A DNA stretch of 39,270 nt, taken from the sequence record NC_015249.1, one strand, 5' to 3'. The DNA comes from Escherichia phage 285P. The position numbers and the translations under genes were made by a program. Shown here piece after piece: positions 16,734 through 26,205 of this stretch (positions within the stretch are counted from its first letter, which is position 1; each line of letters starts with the position of its first letter). The notes below the pieces were generated by a model. That model saw nothing but the letters and a program-made list of their open reading frames with translations, was not told where the DNA came from and did no database searches.

Positions 16734-17644
16734 GCGCAATTACACTGAAGGAGTTCTATGAGTTACGCCAAGGTAAATCCGATAAGGGTGTCTTGGTCAT
16801 GGATGGTGACTGGCTGGTATTCCAAGCGATGGCAGCAAGTGAAGTCGAGACCGATTGGGGCGATGATTGCTGGACATTAGAGTGCGACCACGGGAAAGCG
16901 TGGAACATTCTGGTTGACTCCATTAAGTCCTATGCGAGCCGCAAGAAGGCTTGGCGTGATGCACCTATCGTATTGGCCTTCACCGACTCTGTGAACTGGC
17001 GTAAGGAATTAGTCGACCCAACCTATAAGGAGAACCGTAAGGCATCCCGTAAGCCTGTAGGCTACCGTGCGTTTGTCGAGCGTGTTCAAGCCTGTGAGGA
17101 CTGGACGTCTATCCTTGAGGACCGACTTGAGGGTGATGACGTAATGGGAATCATTGGGTCTGGTGCTAAACATTTTGGTTTCAAGAAGGCTGTACTGGTC
17201 TCCTGTGATAAGGACTTTAAGACCATCCCTGATTGTGACTTCTTGTGGTGCACGACTGGTAACATCTTGACTCAAGACCAGACGACTGCCGACTACTGGC
17301 ACATCTATCAGACCATCAAAGGTGACTTGACAGATGGCTATGGTGGCATTCCGGGCTGGGGAGAGACTACCGCTGAGTGGCTGGAGAACCCGTATGCCTT
17401 TGAACAGGTTGAGAAAACTTTCAAGTCTGGTGCTCGTAAGGGACAGACAGTTCTCGAATGGAAAAAGGTTGACATGGGTGAGCGAACCCTATGGGAAGCC
17501 ATTGTGACACTTGGTGCAAAAGCTGGGATGACCGAAGAGGAAATCATTAAGCAAGGCCAGATGGCTCGCATACTTCGATTCGAAGAGTACAACTTTATCG
17601 ACAAGGAGATTTACCTATGGTCGCCGGAACAGTTGCGTTCGTAA
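16730..17644 (+). CDS. 6: 5'-3' exonuclease gp6
   Basis: 304 aa from MSAITLKEFYELRQ; GVLVMDGDWLVFQAM, PIVLAFTDSVNWRKELVDP, DFLWCTTGNILTQ, KQGQMARILRF match T7 gp6; ATGA overlap with 5.7. Confidence 0.95.
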   Translation: MSAITLKEFYELRQGKSDKGVLVMDGDWLVFQAMAASEVETDWGDDCWTLECDHGKAWNILVDSIKSYASRKKAWRDAPIVLAFTDSVNWRKELVDPTYKENRKASRKPVGYRAFVERVQACEDWTSILEDRLEGDDVMGIIGSGAKHFGFKKAVLVSCDKDFKTIPDCDFLWCTTGNILTQDQTTADYWHIYQTIKGDLTDGYGGIPGWGETTAEWLENPYAFEQVEKTFKSGARKGQTVLEWKKVDMGERTLWEAIVTLGAKAGMTEEEIIKQGQMARILRFEEYNFIDKEIYLWSPEQLRS

Positions 17645-17703
17645 TGTTCGCAATCGTAGCCTTCGCTATGGTGTGGGCTGCATTTATAGCTAAGAGTGTG
17701 TAA
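17644..17703 (+). CDS. tiny hydrophobic peptide (19 aa; gene 6.3 position)
   Basis: MFAIVAFAMVWAAFIAKSV; TAATG overlap with the gene 6 stop. Confidence 0.25.
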   Translation: MFAIVAFAMVWAAFIAKSV

Positions 17704-17731
17704 CTCTAGGCATTCTTCTCGACAGTGAAAT

Positions 17732-17754
17732 CAATACGACTCACTATTGAGAGG
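17732..17754 (+). promoter_or_regulatory. T7-type promoter (phi6.5-like) CAATACGACTCACTATTGAGAGG
   Basis: Seen in sequence. Confidence 0.7.
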
Positions 17755-17805
17755 GGTGCCTATATGATACCTACTTTAAGTTTAACTTTAAGGAGAACAT
17801 TAATT

Positions 17806-18051
17806 ATGTTAACCCCTATCAAGAAGTATATGGAGAACCCACAAGATATTCCTAACGTTCCTCGTGCAACTATGGAGTACCTACAGGTTCAATACAATGC
17901 TGGATATGCTATTCAGTCAGGACTAATCAACCGATTGAAACAGGCTGGATGGTCTGAAAGCTACATCGCTGGGTTCCTCGCGGGTCTCAACTATGCGTCT
18001 CAAACTCTGGACGACATGGAGGCAATCCGTAAGGAACAGGCTGAGTCCTAA
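17806..18051 (+). CDS. 6.5: gene 6.5 protein
   Basis: 81 aa from MLTPIKKYMENPQDIPNVPRATMEYLQV; matches T7 gp6.5 N-terminus as recalled. Confidence 0.75.
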   Translation: MLTPIKKYMENPQDIPNVPRATMEYLQVQYNAGYAIQSGLINRLKQAGWSESYIAGFLAGLNYASQTLDDMEAIRKEQAES

Positions 18052-18066
18052 TCGTATGGAGGTCTT

Positions 18067-18342
18067 ATGTGCTTTTCACCAAAGATTAAGACACCTAAAG
18101 TAAAGACTGAATCCATCCGAGCTATCGACCCTGCTCCACTGACTGAGGAACCGAAAGGTATTCTCTTTGGTGGCGAAGAGGACAACGATAGCGGAACCTC
18201 TTCTGAGGTGCCAACGGGTGGCAAGAAGTCCCTGAAGGTGAAACTGGATGACTCCGTTGAGAAGTCCAAGAAGGCAGACTCCGATGCTGCCAAGAAGAAG
18301 TCCAAATCTGGTATCCGTACCAGTGTCTTTAAGAAGAAATAA
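18067..18342 (+). CDS. 6.7: gene 6.7 virion protein
   Basis: 91 aa starting MCFSPKIKTPK as in T7 gp6.7. Confidence 0.85.
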   Translation: MCFSPKIKTPKVKTESIRAIDPAPLTEEPKGILFGGEEDNDSGTSSEVPTGGKKSLKVKLDDSVEKSKKADSDAAKKKSKSGIRTSVFKKK

Positions 18343-18356
18343 TTAGGAGGTGTATC

Positions 18357-18725
18357 ATGGGTTGGGGTAAAAAGATTCGCAAATCAGTTAAGAAGACTAT
18401 CAAGAAAGTAACTAAGCCAGTCGAGAAGATTGTCAAGGAAACTGGTAAGGCAGTCGAGAAGGTCGGGAAGGAAGCTGGCAAAGTCGTTGGTGGCGTTGCT
18501 GGTGCACTTGCTGGTGGTGGTAAGCCCGATGTACAGGTAGTTGAACAAGCTGCTCCTGTAGCTGCTCCGGCTCCTGCTGCTGCACAGATTATCGAGCCAC
18601 CGAGTAAAGACGATGTGGACACCGATGATGATGCACAGACCGAATCTGGTAAGAAGAAAGCTCGTGCTGGTGGTAAGAAATCACTGAGTGTCGCTCGTAG
18701 TTCTGGCGGTGGTCTTAATATCTAA
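18357..18725 (+). CDS. 7.3: gene 7.3 virion/tail-associated protein
   Basis: 122 aa; Lys-rich N-terminus and C-terminal ESGKKKARAGGKKSLSVARSSGGGLNI match T7 gp7.3. Confidence 0.85.
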   Translation: MGWGKKIRKSVKKTIKKVTKPVEKIVKETGKAVEKVGKEAGKVVGGVAGALAGGGKPDVQVVEQAAPVAAPAPAAAQIIEPPSKDDVDTDDDAQTESGKKKARAGGKKSLSVARSSGGGLNI

Positions 18726-18739
18726 CAAGGAGGCGCTAA

Positions 18740-20347
18740 ATGGCAAGCTCACAGAAACGTGAAGGCTTCGCTGAGAATGGTGCCAAGGCGGTGTATGACG
18801 CATTGAAGAACGACCGGAACTCCTATGAGACCCGGGCGGAAAACTGTGCGAAGTACACCATCCCTTCGTTGTTCCCTAAAGACTCCGACAACGCCTCTAC
18901 TGATTATACCACTCCGTGGCAAGCAGTTGGCGCTCGTGGCTTGAACAACTTGGCCTCTAAGCTCATGCTCGCTCTGTTCCCTATGCAGACGTGGATGAAG
19001 CTGACCATCTCTGAGTTCGAAGCGAAACAATTGGTTGCACAGCCAGCCGAACTAGCGAAGGTCGAAGAGGGTCTCTCAATGGTCGAGCGTATCTTGATGA
19101 ACTACATCGAGTCAAACTCCTACCGTGTGACTCTCTTTGAGACCCTCAAGCAGTTGGTCGTTGCAGGTAACGCTCTGCTCTACATTCCTGAACCGGAAGG
19201 TACTTACAATCCCATGAAGTTATACCGCCTGTCTTCTTATGTTGTCCAACGAGACGCATTCGGCACGGTACTACAGATTGTGACCTTGGATAAGACTGCC
19301 TATGCAGCACTACCAGAAGACGTAAGAAACTCTATGGACTCCGGTCAGGAACATAAAGGCGACGAAATGATTGATGTGTACACGCACATTTATCTTGACG
19401 AAGAATCTGGTGAGTACCTGAAGTACGAAGAGATTGATGGTGTTGAAGTCGATGGTACAGATGCTTCTTATCCGGTGGACGCTTGTCCTTATATCCCGGT
19501 TCGCATGGTACGCATTGATGGAGAATCATATGGTCGTTCTTACTGTGAGGAATACTTAGGTGACTTACGGTCCCTTGAGAACCTCCAAGAAGCTATCGTT
19601 AAGATGTCAATGATTAGTGCTAAAGTTATTGGCTTGGTTAACCCGGCTGGTATCACACAGGTTCGTCGTTTGACCAAAGCACAGACTGGTGACTTCGTGT
19701 CTGGTCGTCCAGAAGACATCTCGTTCCTTCAGCTTGAAAAGGCCGCAGACTTCTCTGTAGCGAAAGCTGTGAGTGAACAGATTGAGGGCCGACTGTCCTA
19801 TGCCTTTATGTTGAACTCCGCTGTGCAACGCACTGGTGAGCGTGTGACTGCCGAAGAGATTCGATATGTTGCATCTGAACTCGAAGATACCCTTGGTGGT
19901 GTCTATTCGATTCTCTCACAGGAACTTCAGTTGCCAATGGTTCGTGTCCTGCTGAAGCAACTTCAAGCGACCAATCAGATTCCTGAGCTACCGAAAGAGG
20001 CCGTTGAGCCTACTATCAGTACCGGGATGGAAGCATTGGGTCGTGGTCAAGACCTCGATAAGCTGGAGCGTTGTATTGCTGCTTGGTCTGCTCTTGCTCC
20101 TATGCAGAATGACCCGGACATCAACATTGCGACCATTAAGTTGCGCATTGCGAACGCTATCGGCATCGACACTTCTGGTATCCTCAAGACACCTGAAGAG
20201 AAACAACAGGAGATGGCTGAGGCTGCTCAAGGCACTGCACTGGAGAACGCTGCTGCATCTGCTGGTGCTGGTGCTGGTGCACTTGCCACTGCAAGCCCTG
20301 AGAACATGCAAGCGGCTGCTGAACAGGCTGGAATGGTTCCAAATTAA
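18740..20347 (+). CDS. 8: portal (head-to-tail connector) protein
   Basis: 535 aa (T7 gp8 is 536); position and size. Confidence 0.95.
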   Translation: MASSQKREGFAENGAKAVYDALKNDRNSYETRAENCAKYTIPSLFPKDSDNASTDYTTPWQAVGARGLNNLASKLMLALFPMQTWMKLTISEFEAKQLVAQPAELAKVEEGLSMVERILMNYIESNSYRVTLFETLKQLVVAGNALLYIPEPEGTYNPMKLYRLSSYVVQRDAFGTVLQIVTLDKTAYAALPEDVRNSMDSGQEHKGDEMIDVYTHIYLDEESGEYLKYEEIDGVEVDGTDASYPVDACPYIPVRMVRIDGESYGRSYCEEYLGDLRSLENLQEAIVKMSMISAKVIGLVNPAGITQVRRLTKAQTGDFVSGRPEDISFLQLEKAADFSVAKAVSEQIEGRLSYAFMLNSAVQRTGERVTAEEIRYVASELEDTLGGVYSILSQELQLPMVRVLLKQLQATNQIPELPKEAVEPTISTGMEALGRGQDLDKLERCIAAWSALAPMQNDPDINIATIKLRIANAIGIDTSGILKTPEEKQQEMAEAAQGTALENAAASAGAGAGALATASPENMQAAAEQAGMVPN

Positions 20348-20367
20348 TACGACTCACTAATGGGAGA
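20345..20367 (+). promoter_or_regulatory. T7-type promoter (phi9-like) TAATACGACTCACTAATGGGAGA
   Basis: Seen: overlaps the portal stop; followed by 5' hairpin GGGAG..CTCCC. Confidence 0.8.
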
Positions 20368-20423
20368 GACAATACGTCCTCCCTTTGAGTTCAACTTTAT
20401 GAAATCTAAAGGAGATAACAATT

Positions 20424-21335
20424 ATGGCTGGTGAATCTAACGCTGACGTATACGCATCTTTTGGTGTGAACTCTGCGGTTGTCGGTGGGTCTACTCCTAC
20501 TGACCACGAACAGGCTATGCTTGAACTCGACGTTGCTGCCCGTGATGGTGATGACGCAATCGAGTTAGTAAGTAACGATGACCCGTATGGTAATCCAGAC
20601 CCGTTCGGTGAAGAAGACGAAGACCGCACTGAGATTCGTATCTCCACTGATGGTGAACCTGAAGTAACCGAAGAAGGTGAAATCGACTATGAAGGAACCG
20701 AAGATGAAGGCTCCGAAGAGTTTGAACCAGTTGGTGACGTTCCAGATGAACTGAACGAAGCCTCAAGTCAACTCGAAGAGCACGAAGCTGGTTTCGAAGA
20801 GATGGTCAATCAGGCTGCTGAACGTGGTCTGTCTGAAGAAACCATCGTGCGTATCCAACAGGAATACGGAGAGGACGGTCTGTCTGAAGAGTCTTACGAA
20901 GAGTTAGCCAAAGCTGGTTACTCCAAGTCGTTTGTTGACTCCTACATCCGTGGTCAGGAAGCACTGGTAGAACAGTATGTTCAGTCCGTTATGGAGTACG
21001 CTGGCGGTGAAGCACAGTTCCAAGCAATCTACAATCACCTCGAAGTGTCCAACCCGGATGCTGCCGAGTCTCTGATTAGTGCCTTGGAGAATCGTGACCT
21101 CGCAACAGTTAAGGCTATCGTTAATCTCGCTGGTGCAAGCCGTGCGAAGACTTTCGGTAAACCTGCTGCCCGTAGTATCTCTAAACGTGCCGTCCCTGCT
21201 GCACCTGTACGCACCAAACAGTCTGGCTTTGAGTCACAGGCTGAGATGATTGCTGCAATGTCCGACCCTCGCTATCGTCACGACAGTAAGTTCCGTGCGG
21301 AAGTTGAGCGCAAGATGATGTACAGTCAGTTCTAA
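20424..21335 (+). CDS. 9: capsid assembly scaffolding protein
   Basis: 303 aa, highly acidic, between portal and major capsid genes. Confidence 0.9.
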   Translation: MAGESNADVYASFGVNSAVVGGSTPTDHEQAMLELDVAARDGDDAIELVSNDDPYGNPDPFGEEDEDRTEIRISTDGEPEVTEEGEIDYEGTEDEGSEEFEPVGDVPDELNEASSQLEEHEAGFEEMVNQAAERGLSEETIVRIQQEYGEDGLSEESYEELAKAGYSKSFVDSYIRGQEALVEQYVQSVMEYAGGEAQFQAIYNHLEVSNPDAAESLISALENRDLATVKAIVNLAGASRAKTFGKPAARSISKRAVPAAPVRTKQSGFESQAEMIAAMSDPRYRHDSKFRAEVERKMMYSQF

Positions 21336-21338
21336 AAT

Positions 21339-21361
21339 TAATACGACTCACTATTGGGAGA
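21339..21361 (+). promoter_or_regulatory. T7-type promoter (phi10-like) TAATACGACTCACTATTGGGAGA
   Basis: Seen: only the -1 A to T difference from T7 consensus; 5' hairpin GGGAGAGACATTACGTTCTCCC follows. Confidence 0.85.
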
Positions 21362-21463
21362 GACATTACGTTCTCCCACTTTGAGTGATACACAATGAGA
21401 ACCAACTCGTTTCAAGTAGTACCTCACACATTTAAACTTTAAATTAACAGAAGGAGATTCAAC

Positions 21464-22507
21464 ATGGCTAAGATGAATGGTGGTCAGCAAATTGGTAAAG
21501 ACCAAGGTAAAGGTATGTCTGCTGGTGATAAACTGGCTCTGTTCCTGAAAGTGTTCGGTGGTGAAGTTCTGACCGCGTTTACTCGTACCTCTGTTACCAT
21601 GAACAAACACCTCGTGCGTTCCATTCAGTCCGGTAAGTCCGCGCAGTTCCCTGTGCTGGGTCGTACCAAAGCTGCTTACCTGCAACCGGGTGAGAACCTC
21701 GATGACAAACGTAAAGACATGAAGCACACTGAGCGTACCATTAACATTGATGGTCTGCTGACTGCTGACGTTCTGATTTACGACATCGAAGACGCAATGA
21801 ACCACTATGACGTGCGCTCCGAGTATACCGCACAGTTGGGTGAATCTCTTGCGATGGCTGCTGATGGCGCGGTTCTGGCTGAAATGGCTAAACTGTGTAA
21901 CCTGCCGTCTGCGTCTGATGAGAACATCGCTGGTCTCGGTAAGGCTCATGTACTGGAAGTTGGCAAGCAGTCTGAGCTTCGGGGAGACCAAGTTAAGCTG
22001 GGTCAGGCTATTATCGCACAGTTAACTCTGGCTCGTGCCAAGCTGACTGGCAACTATGTTCCGTCTGCTGACCGTGTGTTCTACACCACTCCAGACAACT
22101 ACTCTGCTATTCTGGCTGCTCTGATGCCTAACGCTGCAAACTATCAGGCTCTGATTGACCCGTCTACTGGCTCTATCCGCAACGTTATGGGCTTCGAAGT
22201 TATTGAGGTTCCGCATCTGACTGCTGGTGGTGCTGGCGAAGACCGTCCAGAAGAGGGTGCAAATCCGACTGGTCAGAAACATGCGTTCCCTGAGACTTCC
22301 TCTGGTGACACCCGTGTTGCTCTGGACAACGTTGTCGGTCTGTTCAATCACCGCTCTGCCGTTGGTACTGTTAAGCTGAAAGATATGGCACTGGAACGTG
22401 CTCGTCGAGCTAACTTCCAAGCAGACCAGATTATCGCTAAGTACGCTATGGGTCACGGTGGTCTGCGCCCTGAAGCATGTGGTGCGCTGGTTTTCAACAA
22501 GGCTTAA
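21464..22507 (+). CDS. 10A: major capsid protein 10A
   Basis: 347 aa; N-terminus MAKMNGGQQIGKDQGKG parallels the T7 gp10 N-terminus; extensive identity. Confidence 0.97.
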   Translation: MAKMNGGQQIGKDQGKGMSAGDKLALFLKVFGGEVLTAFTRTSVTMNKHLVRSIQSGKSAQFPVLGRTKAAYLQPGENLDDKRKDMKHTERTINIDGLLTADVLIYDIEDAMNHYDVRSEYTAQLGESLAMAADGAVLAEMAKLCNLPSASDENIAGLGKAHVLEVGKQSELRGDQVKLGQAIIAQLTLARAKLTGNYVPSADRVFYTTPDNYSAILAALMPNAANYQALIDPSTGSIRNVMGFEVIEVPHLTAGGAGEDRPEEGANPTGQKHAFPETSSGDTRVALDNVVGLFNHRSAVGTVKLKDMALERARRANFQADQIIAKYAMGHGGLRPEACGALVFNKA

Positions 22508-22641
22508 CTTCTCGCAAACTCGTAGGGGACACTGAGTCCCTTACTGAAGTTGAGCAAGAGCTAACGCCACAACAGAAAGCTGCCCGTACCCGTGCGGCAA
22601 ACAAGGCTCGAAAGGAAGCTGAGTTAGCTGCTACTGAATGA
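21464..22641 (+). CDS. 10B: minor capsid protein 10B via programmed -1 frameshift at GGTTTTC (22489-22495)
   Basis: Seen: slippery heptamer 4 codons before the 10A stop; -1 frame stays open for ~49 codons (…TEVEQELTPQQKAARTRAANKARKEAELAATE) to TGA at 22639-22641. Confidence 0.55.
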
Positions 22642-22651
22642 TAACTATATG

Positions 22652-22696
22652 AAACCCCTTGGGTGCCTTCACGGGTGCTTGAGGGGTTTTTTCGCT
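22652..22696 (+). terminator. T-phi-like terminator for phage RNAP (AACCCCTTGGG...GAGGGGTTTTTTCG)
   Basis: Seen: GC stem followed by T6; same position (after gene 10) and near-identical ends to T7 T-phi. Confidence 0.8.
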
Positions 22697-22712
22697 ACAA
22701 GGAGACACACTT

Positions 22713-23303
22713 ATGCGTTCCTATGAAACAACCCTAGAGACAGGTGAAGAGTTGGCTGCTGTCAATGACATCTTGGCCTCTATCGGTGAACCACCAGTAT
22801 CTACTCTGGAGGGTGACTCTAACGCCGATGTTGCCAACGCCCGTCGAGTTCTCAATAAGATTAACCGACAGATTCAGTCTAAGGGCTGGACGTTCAACAT
22901 TGAGGAAGGTCAACAGTTGGTCCCCGATGTGTTCAACGGATTGATTCCCTATATGTCTGACTACCTGTCCGTACTGTCTGAAGGAGGCGCGACCGCTTAC
23001 GTTAACCGTGGTGGTTACGTCTATGACCGGACTACAGGAACCGATGTGTTCCAGAACCCTATCACTGTGACCATCATTAAACTGAGAGAGTTCTACGAGA
23101 TGCCTGAATGCTTCCGCTTCTGGATTGTAACTAAAGCTGCCCGTCAGTTTAACAACAGGTTCTTCGGTGCACCTGAGATTGACGCTGTGTTGGCTGAAGA
23201 AGAACAGGAAGCGAAGATGCAGTGTCACGAGTATGAACTGGACTTCGGTAACTTCAACATGCTTGATGGTGATGCCTTCACTGGTGGTCTGCTGTCTCGT
23301 TAA
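22713..23303 (+). CDS. 11: tail tubular protein A
   Basis: 196 aa (T7 gp11 is 196); position. Confidence 0.9.
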   Translation: MRSYETTLETGEELAAVNDILASIGEPPVSTLEGDSNADVANARRVLNKINRQIQSKGWTFNIEEGQQLVPDVFNGLIPYMSDYLSVLSEGGATAYVNRGGYVYDRTTGTDVFQNPITVTIIKLREFYEMPECFRFWIVTKAARQFNNRFFGAPEIDAVLAEEEQEAKMQCHEYELDFGNFNMLDGDAFTGGLLSR

Positions 23304-23322
23304 TAACTTAAGGAGGTCTCTA

Positions 23323-25710
23323 ATGGCTCTTATTTCACAATCCGTCAAGAACCTGAAGGGCGGTATCAGTCAACAGCCGAACATCTTAAGGTTCCCCGAA
23401 CAGGGTTCCGAACAGATTAACGGTTGGTCTTCGGAGACTGAGGGTCTTCAGAAGCGTCCACCTTTTGTCTTCACTAAGACCATTGGAGACCAGAATGCCC
23501 TTGGTGCCAAACCTCTCGTTCACCTAATCAACCGCGATAGTGTCGAACAGTATTACGTAGTGTTTACCGGACAGGGTATTCGTGTGTTCGACCTCAATGG
23601 TAAAGAGTATGCTGTGAAGGGTGACTTGTCCTACGTGAAGGTAGGGAACCCACGAGATGACTTAAGGATGGTCACTGTGGCTGACTATACGTTTATCGTA
23701 AACCGTAACATGGTGGTACGCGCTGACACTGCCCCTCTGTATGACCTTAAGGAGAATGGGGACTGCTTGATTAACGTCCGTGGCGGTCAGTATGGTCGTA
23801 CATTGGCATTCACTATCAACGGTGTACGTATCGCATACAAGATTCACAACGGTGTTGGTGATGGTGCTGAACAGGCTGTACAGGAGACAGACGCACAGTG
23901 GCTAGTTAAGAAACTTGCTGGCCTCGCCCGTGCTCATGGTTCCTTTAAGGACTGGAAGTTCAACGAAGGGCCGGGGTTCATCCATGTGATTGCTCCGGGT
24001 AACAGCCAGATTAACTCACTGTCCACTGAAGATGGCTACGCCAACCAGTTGATGAACGCAGTGATGCACACCAGCCAGTCATTCAGTAAGTTGCCTCTTG
24101 AGGCTCCTAATGGGTACACAGTGAAGATTGTAGGTGACACCTCTAAGACTTCCGACCAGTTCTACGTTCAGTACGACAACGTGAAGAAGGTATGGAAAGA
24201 GGTGGCTGGTTGGGGCGTACAGAAGGGACTCAATGGTGGCACGATGCCTCATGCTCTTGTGCGTCAGTCTGATGGTTCATTCCAGATGCAAGCCCTTCCG
24301 TGGTCACAGCGTACCTGTGGCGACATGGACACTAACCCTACTCCGTCTATTGTTGACCAGTCGATTAACGATGTGTTCTTCTTTCGTAACCGCTTAGGGT
24401 TCCTCGCTGGTGAGAACATTGTAATGTCCCGTACATCAAAGTATTTCTCACTGTTCCCTGCGTCCGTGGCTAACCTGTCCGACGATGACCCAATTGACGT
24501 GGCTGTGTCCCATAACCGAATCTCTATCCTGAAGTACGCTGTACCGTTCTCCGAAGAGTTGCTCCTATGGTCAGACCAAGCACAGTTCGTGTTGTCTGCT
24601 CAAGGTATCCTCTCACCGAAGTCAGTAGAGTTGAACCTCACGACCGAGTTCGATGTGTCAGACCGAGCGAGACCTTTTGGCGTTGGGCGTGGTGTGTACT
24701 TTGCGTCACCTCGTGCTTCCTATACGTCACTTAACCGTTACTATGCGGTACAGGATGTTAGCTCCGTGAAGTCTGCTGAGGATATGAGTGCTCACGTTCC
24801 AAGTTACATTCCGAACGGTGTGTTCTCCATTCGTGGCTCCGGTACTGAGAACTTTATCTCCGTGCTCTCTGCGAACGCTCCGAGTAAAATCTTCCTGTAC
24901 AAATTCCTGTACCTCAACGAAGAGATTGCTCAACAGTCGTGGTCACATTGGGAACTTGGAAGTAACGTAACGGTTCTGGCTTGTGACTCTATCGGCTCAA
25001 CGATGTACCTTGTGTTGCGCAACCAGTCCCACACTTGGATGTGCCGAGCACACTTTACGAAGAACTCCATTGACTTCAACGATGAACCATATCGGCTGTA
25101 CATCGACAACAAGATAAAGTATGTGATTCCTAAAGGTGCCTACAACGATGACACTTACACTACCACTGTGAAGCCTGTAGACATCTATGGGATGAAATAT
25201 TGGACTGGTAGGTTCTACATTGTGGCCTCTGATGGTCTGGTCTCGTGGTTCGACCCTCCGCGTGGTGGTTGGCCTAATGGTGTCCCTGTGCTGTCAATGA
25301 GTGGGGACCGTGAGGGTGAGACAATCTACGTTGGCTTGGCTATAAACTTCCGTTATGTGTTCTCTAAGTTCCTCATTAAGAAGACTGCTGATGATGGCTC
25401 GACAGCTACCGAGGACATTGGGCGCTTGCAATTACGCCGAGCGTGGGTGAACTATGAGGACTCTGGTGCATTCACTGTAGAAGTGGAGAACACCTCTCGA
25501 CTGTTCAGCTATGACATGGCGGGTGCTCGCTTGGGTTCCAATGCGTTACGCTCTGGTGGGCTTAATGTTGGTACTGGTCAGTTCCGCTTCCCGGTCGCTG
25601 GCAACGCACAGTTGAATGAAGTACGTATTATCTCTGACCATACTACGCCACTGAACGTTATTGGTTGTGGCTGGGAGGGTAACTACCTGCGTCGTTCTTC
25701 TGGTATCTAA
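23323..25710 (+). CDS. 12: tail tubular protein B
   Basis: 795 aa from MALISQSVKNLKGGISQQP (the ORF track start at 23167 is an upstream extension overlapping gene 11); AGGAGG RBS; strong identity to T7 gp12. Confidence 0.95.
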   Translation: MALISQSVKNLKGGISQQPNILRFPEQGSEQINGWSSETEGLQKRPPFVFTKTIGDQNALGAKPLVHLINRDSVEQYYVVFTGQGIRVFDLNGKEYAVKGDLSYVKVGNPRDDLRMVTVADYTFIVNRNMVVRADTAPLYDLKENGDCLINVRGGQYGRTLAFTINGVRIAYKIHNGVGDGAEQAVQETDAQWLVKKLAGLARAHGSFKDWKFNEGPGFIHVIAPGNSQINSLSTEDGYANQLMNAVMHTSQSFSKLPLEAPNGYTVKIVGDTSKTSDQFYVQYDNVKKVWKEVAGWGVQKGLNGGTMPHALVRQSDGSFQMQALPWSQRTCGDMDTNPTPSIVDQSINDVFFFRNRLGFLAGENIVMSRTSKYFSLFPASVANLSDDDPIDVAVSHNRISILKYAVPFSEELLLWSDQAQFVLSAQGILSPKSVELNLTTEFDVSDRARPFGVGRGVYFASPRASYTSLNRYYAVQDVSSVKSAEDMSAHVPSYIPNGVFSIRGSGTENFISVLSANAPSKIFLYKFLYLNEEIAQQSWSHWELGSNVTVLACDSIGSTMYLVLRNQSHTWMCRAHFTKNSIDFNDEPYRLYIDNKIKYVIPKGAYNDDTYTTTVKPVDIYGMKYWTGRFYIVASDGLVSWFDPPRGGWPNGVPVLSMSGDREGETIYVGLAINFRYVFSKFLIKKTADDGSTATEDIGRLQLRRAWVNYEDSGAFTVEVENTSRLFSYDMAGARLGSNALRSGGLNVGTGQFRFPVAGNAQLNEVRIISDHTTPLNVIGCGWEGNYLRRSSGI

Positions 25711-25738
25711 CCGTAAACACCCCGACTCATTTAGTGAA

Positions 25739-25761
25739 CAATACGACTCACTATTGGGAAG
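25739..25761 (+). promoter_or_regulatory. T7-type promoter (phi13-like) CAATACGACTCACTATTGGGAAG
   Basis: Seen in sequence. Confidence 0.8.
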
Positions 25762-25789
25762 GGGTTTTATACTATAGGAGAGAAACTCT

Positions 25790-26203
25790 ATGTTAATAAT
25801 CAGACCTACCAAAGAATCAGACTTCGAGAGATTCACACCGTCACCTGAAGACATAGCTGAGGCAAAAGCCTATGGCATTGAACCTTCATTTCCACCAGCC
25901 TCTGAGTGTGTCACTATGTCTCTTCATGGGATGCCTGTGGCTATTGGTGGTAACTGTGGAGACCAAGTGTGGTTCGTAACGTCTGCCCGTGTGTGGAAAC
26001 TGAGCATGAAGACACGAAGAGAGTTCCGCAAGCTCATTCTAGAGTACCGCGATACGATGCTAAAACAGTATCCAATAATCTGGAACTATGTCTGGATAGG
26101 CAATAAGTCCCACATTAGGTTCTTGAAGTCTATCGGCGCAGTATTCCACAATGAGTTTACTGGTGACAGTAATCAATTCCAACTATTCACAATAGGAGGT
26201 TAA
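25790..26203 (+). CDS. 13: internal virion protein A (gene 13 position)
   Basis: 137 aa between tail tube B and gp14; T7 gp13 is 138 aa. Confidence 0.8.
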   Translation: MLIIRPTKESDFERFTPSPEDIAEAKAYGIEPSFPPASECVTMSLHGMPVAIGGNCGDQVWFVTSARVWKLSMKTRREFRKLILEYRDTMLKQYPIIWNYVWIGNKSHIRFLKSIGAVFHNEFTGDSNQFQLFTIGG

Positions 26204-26205
26204 CT

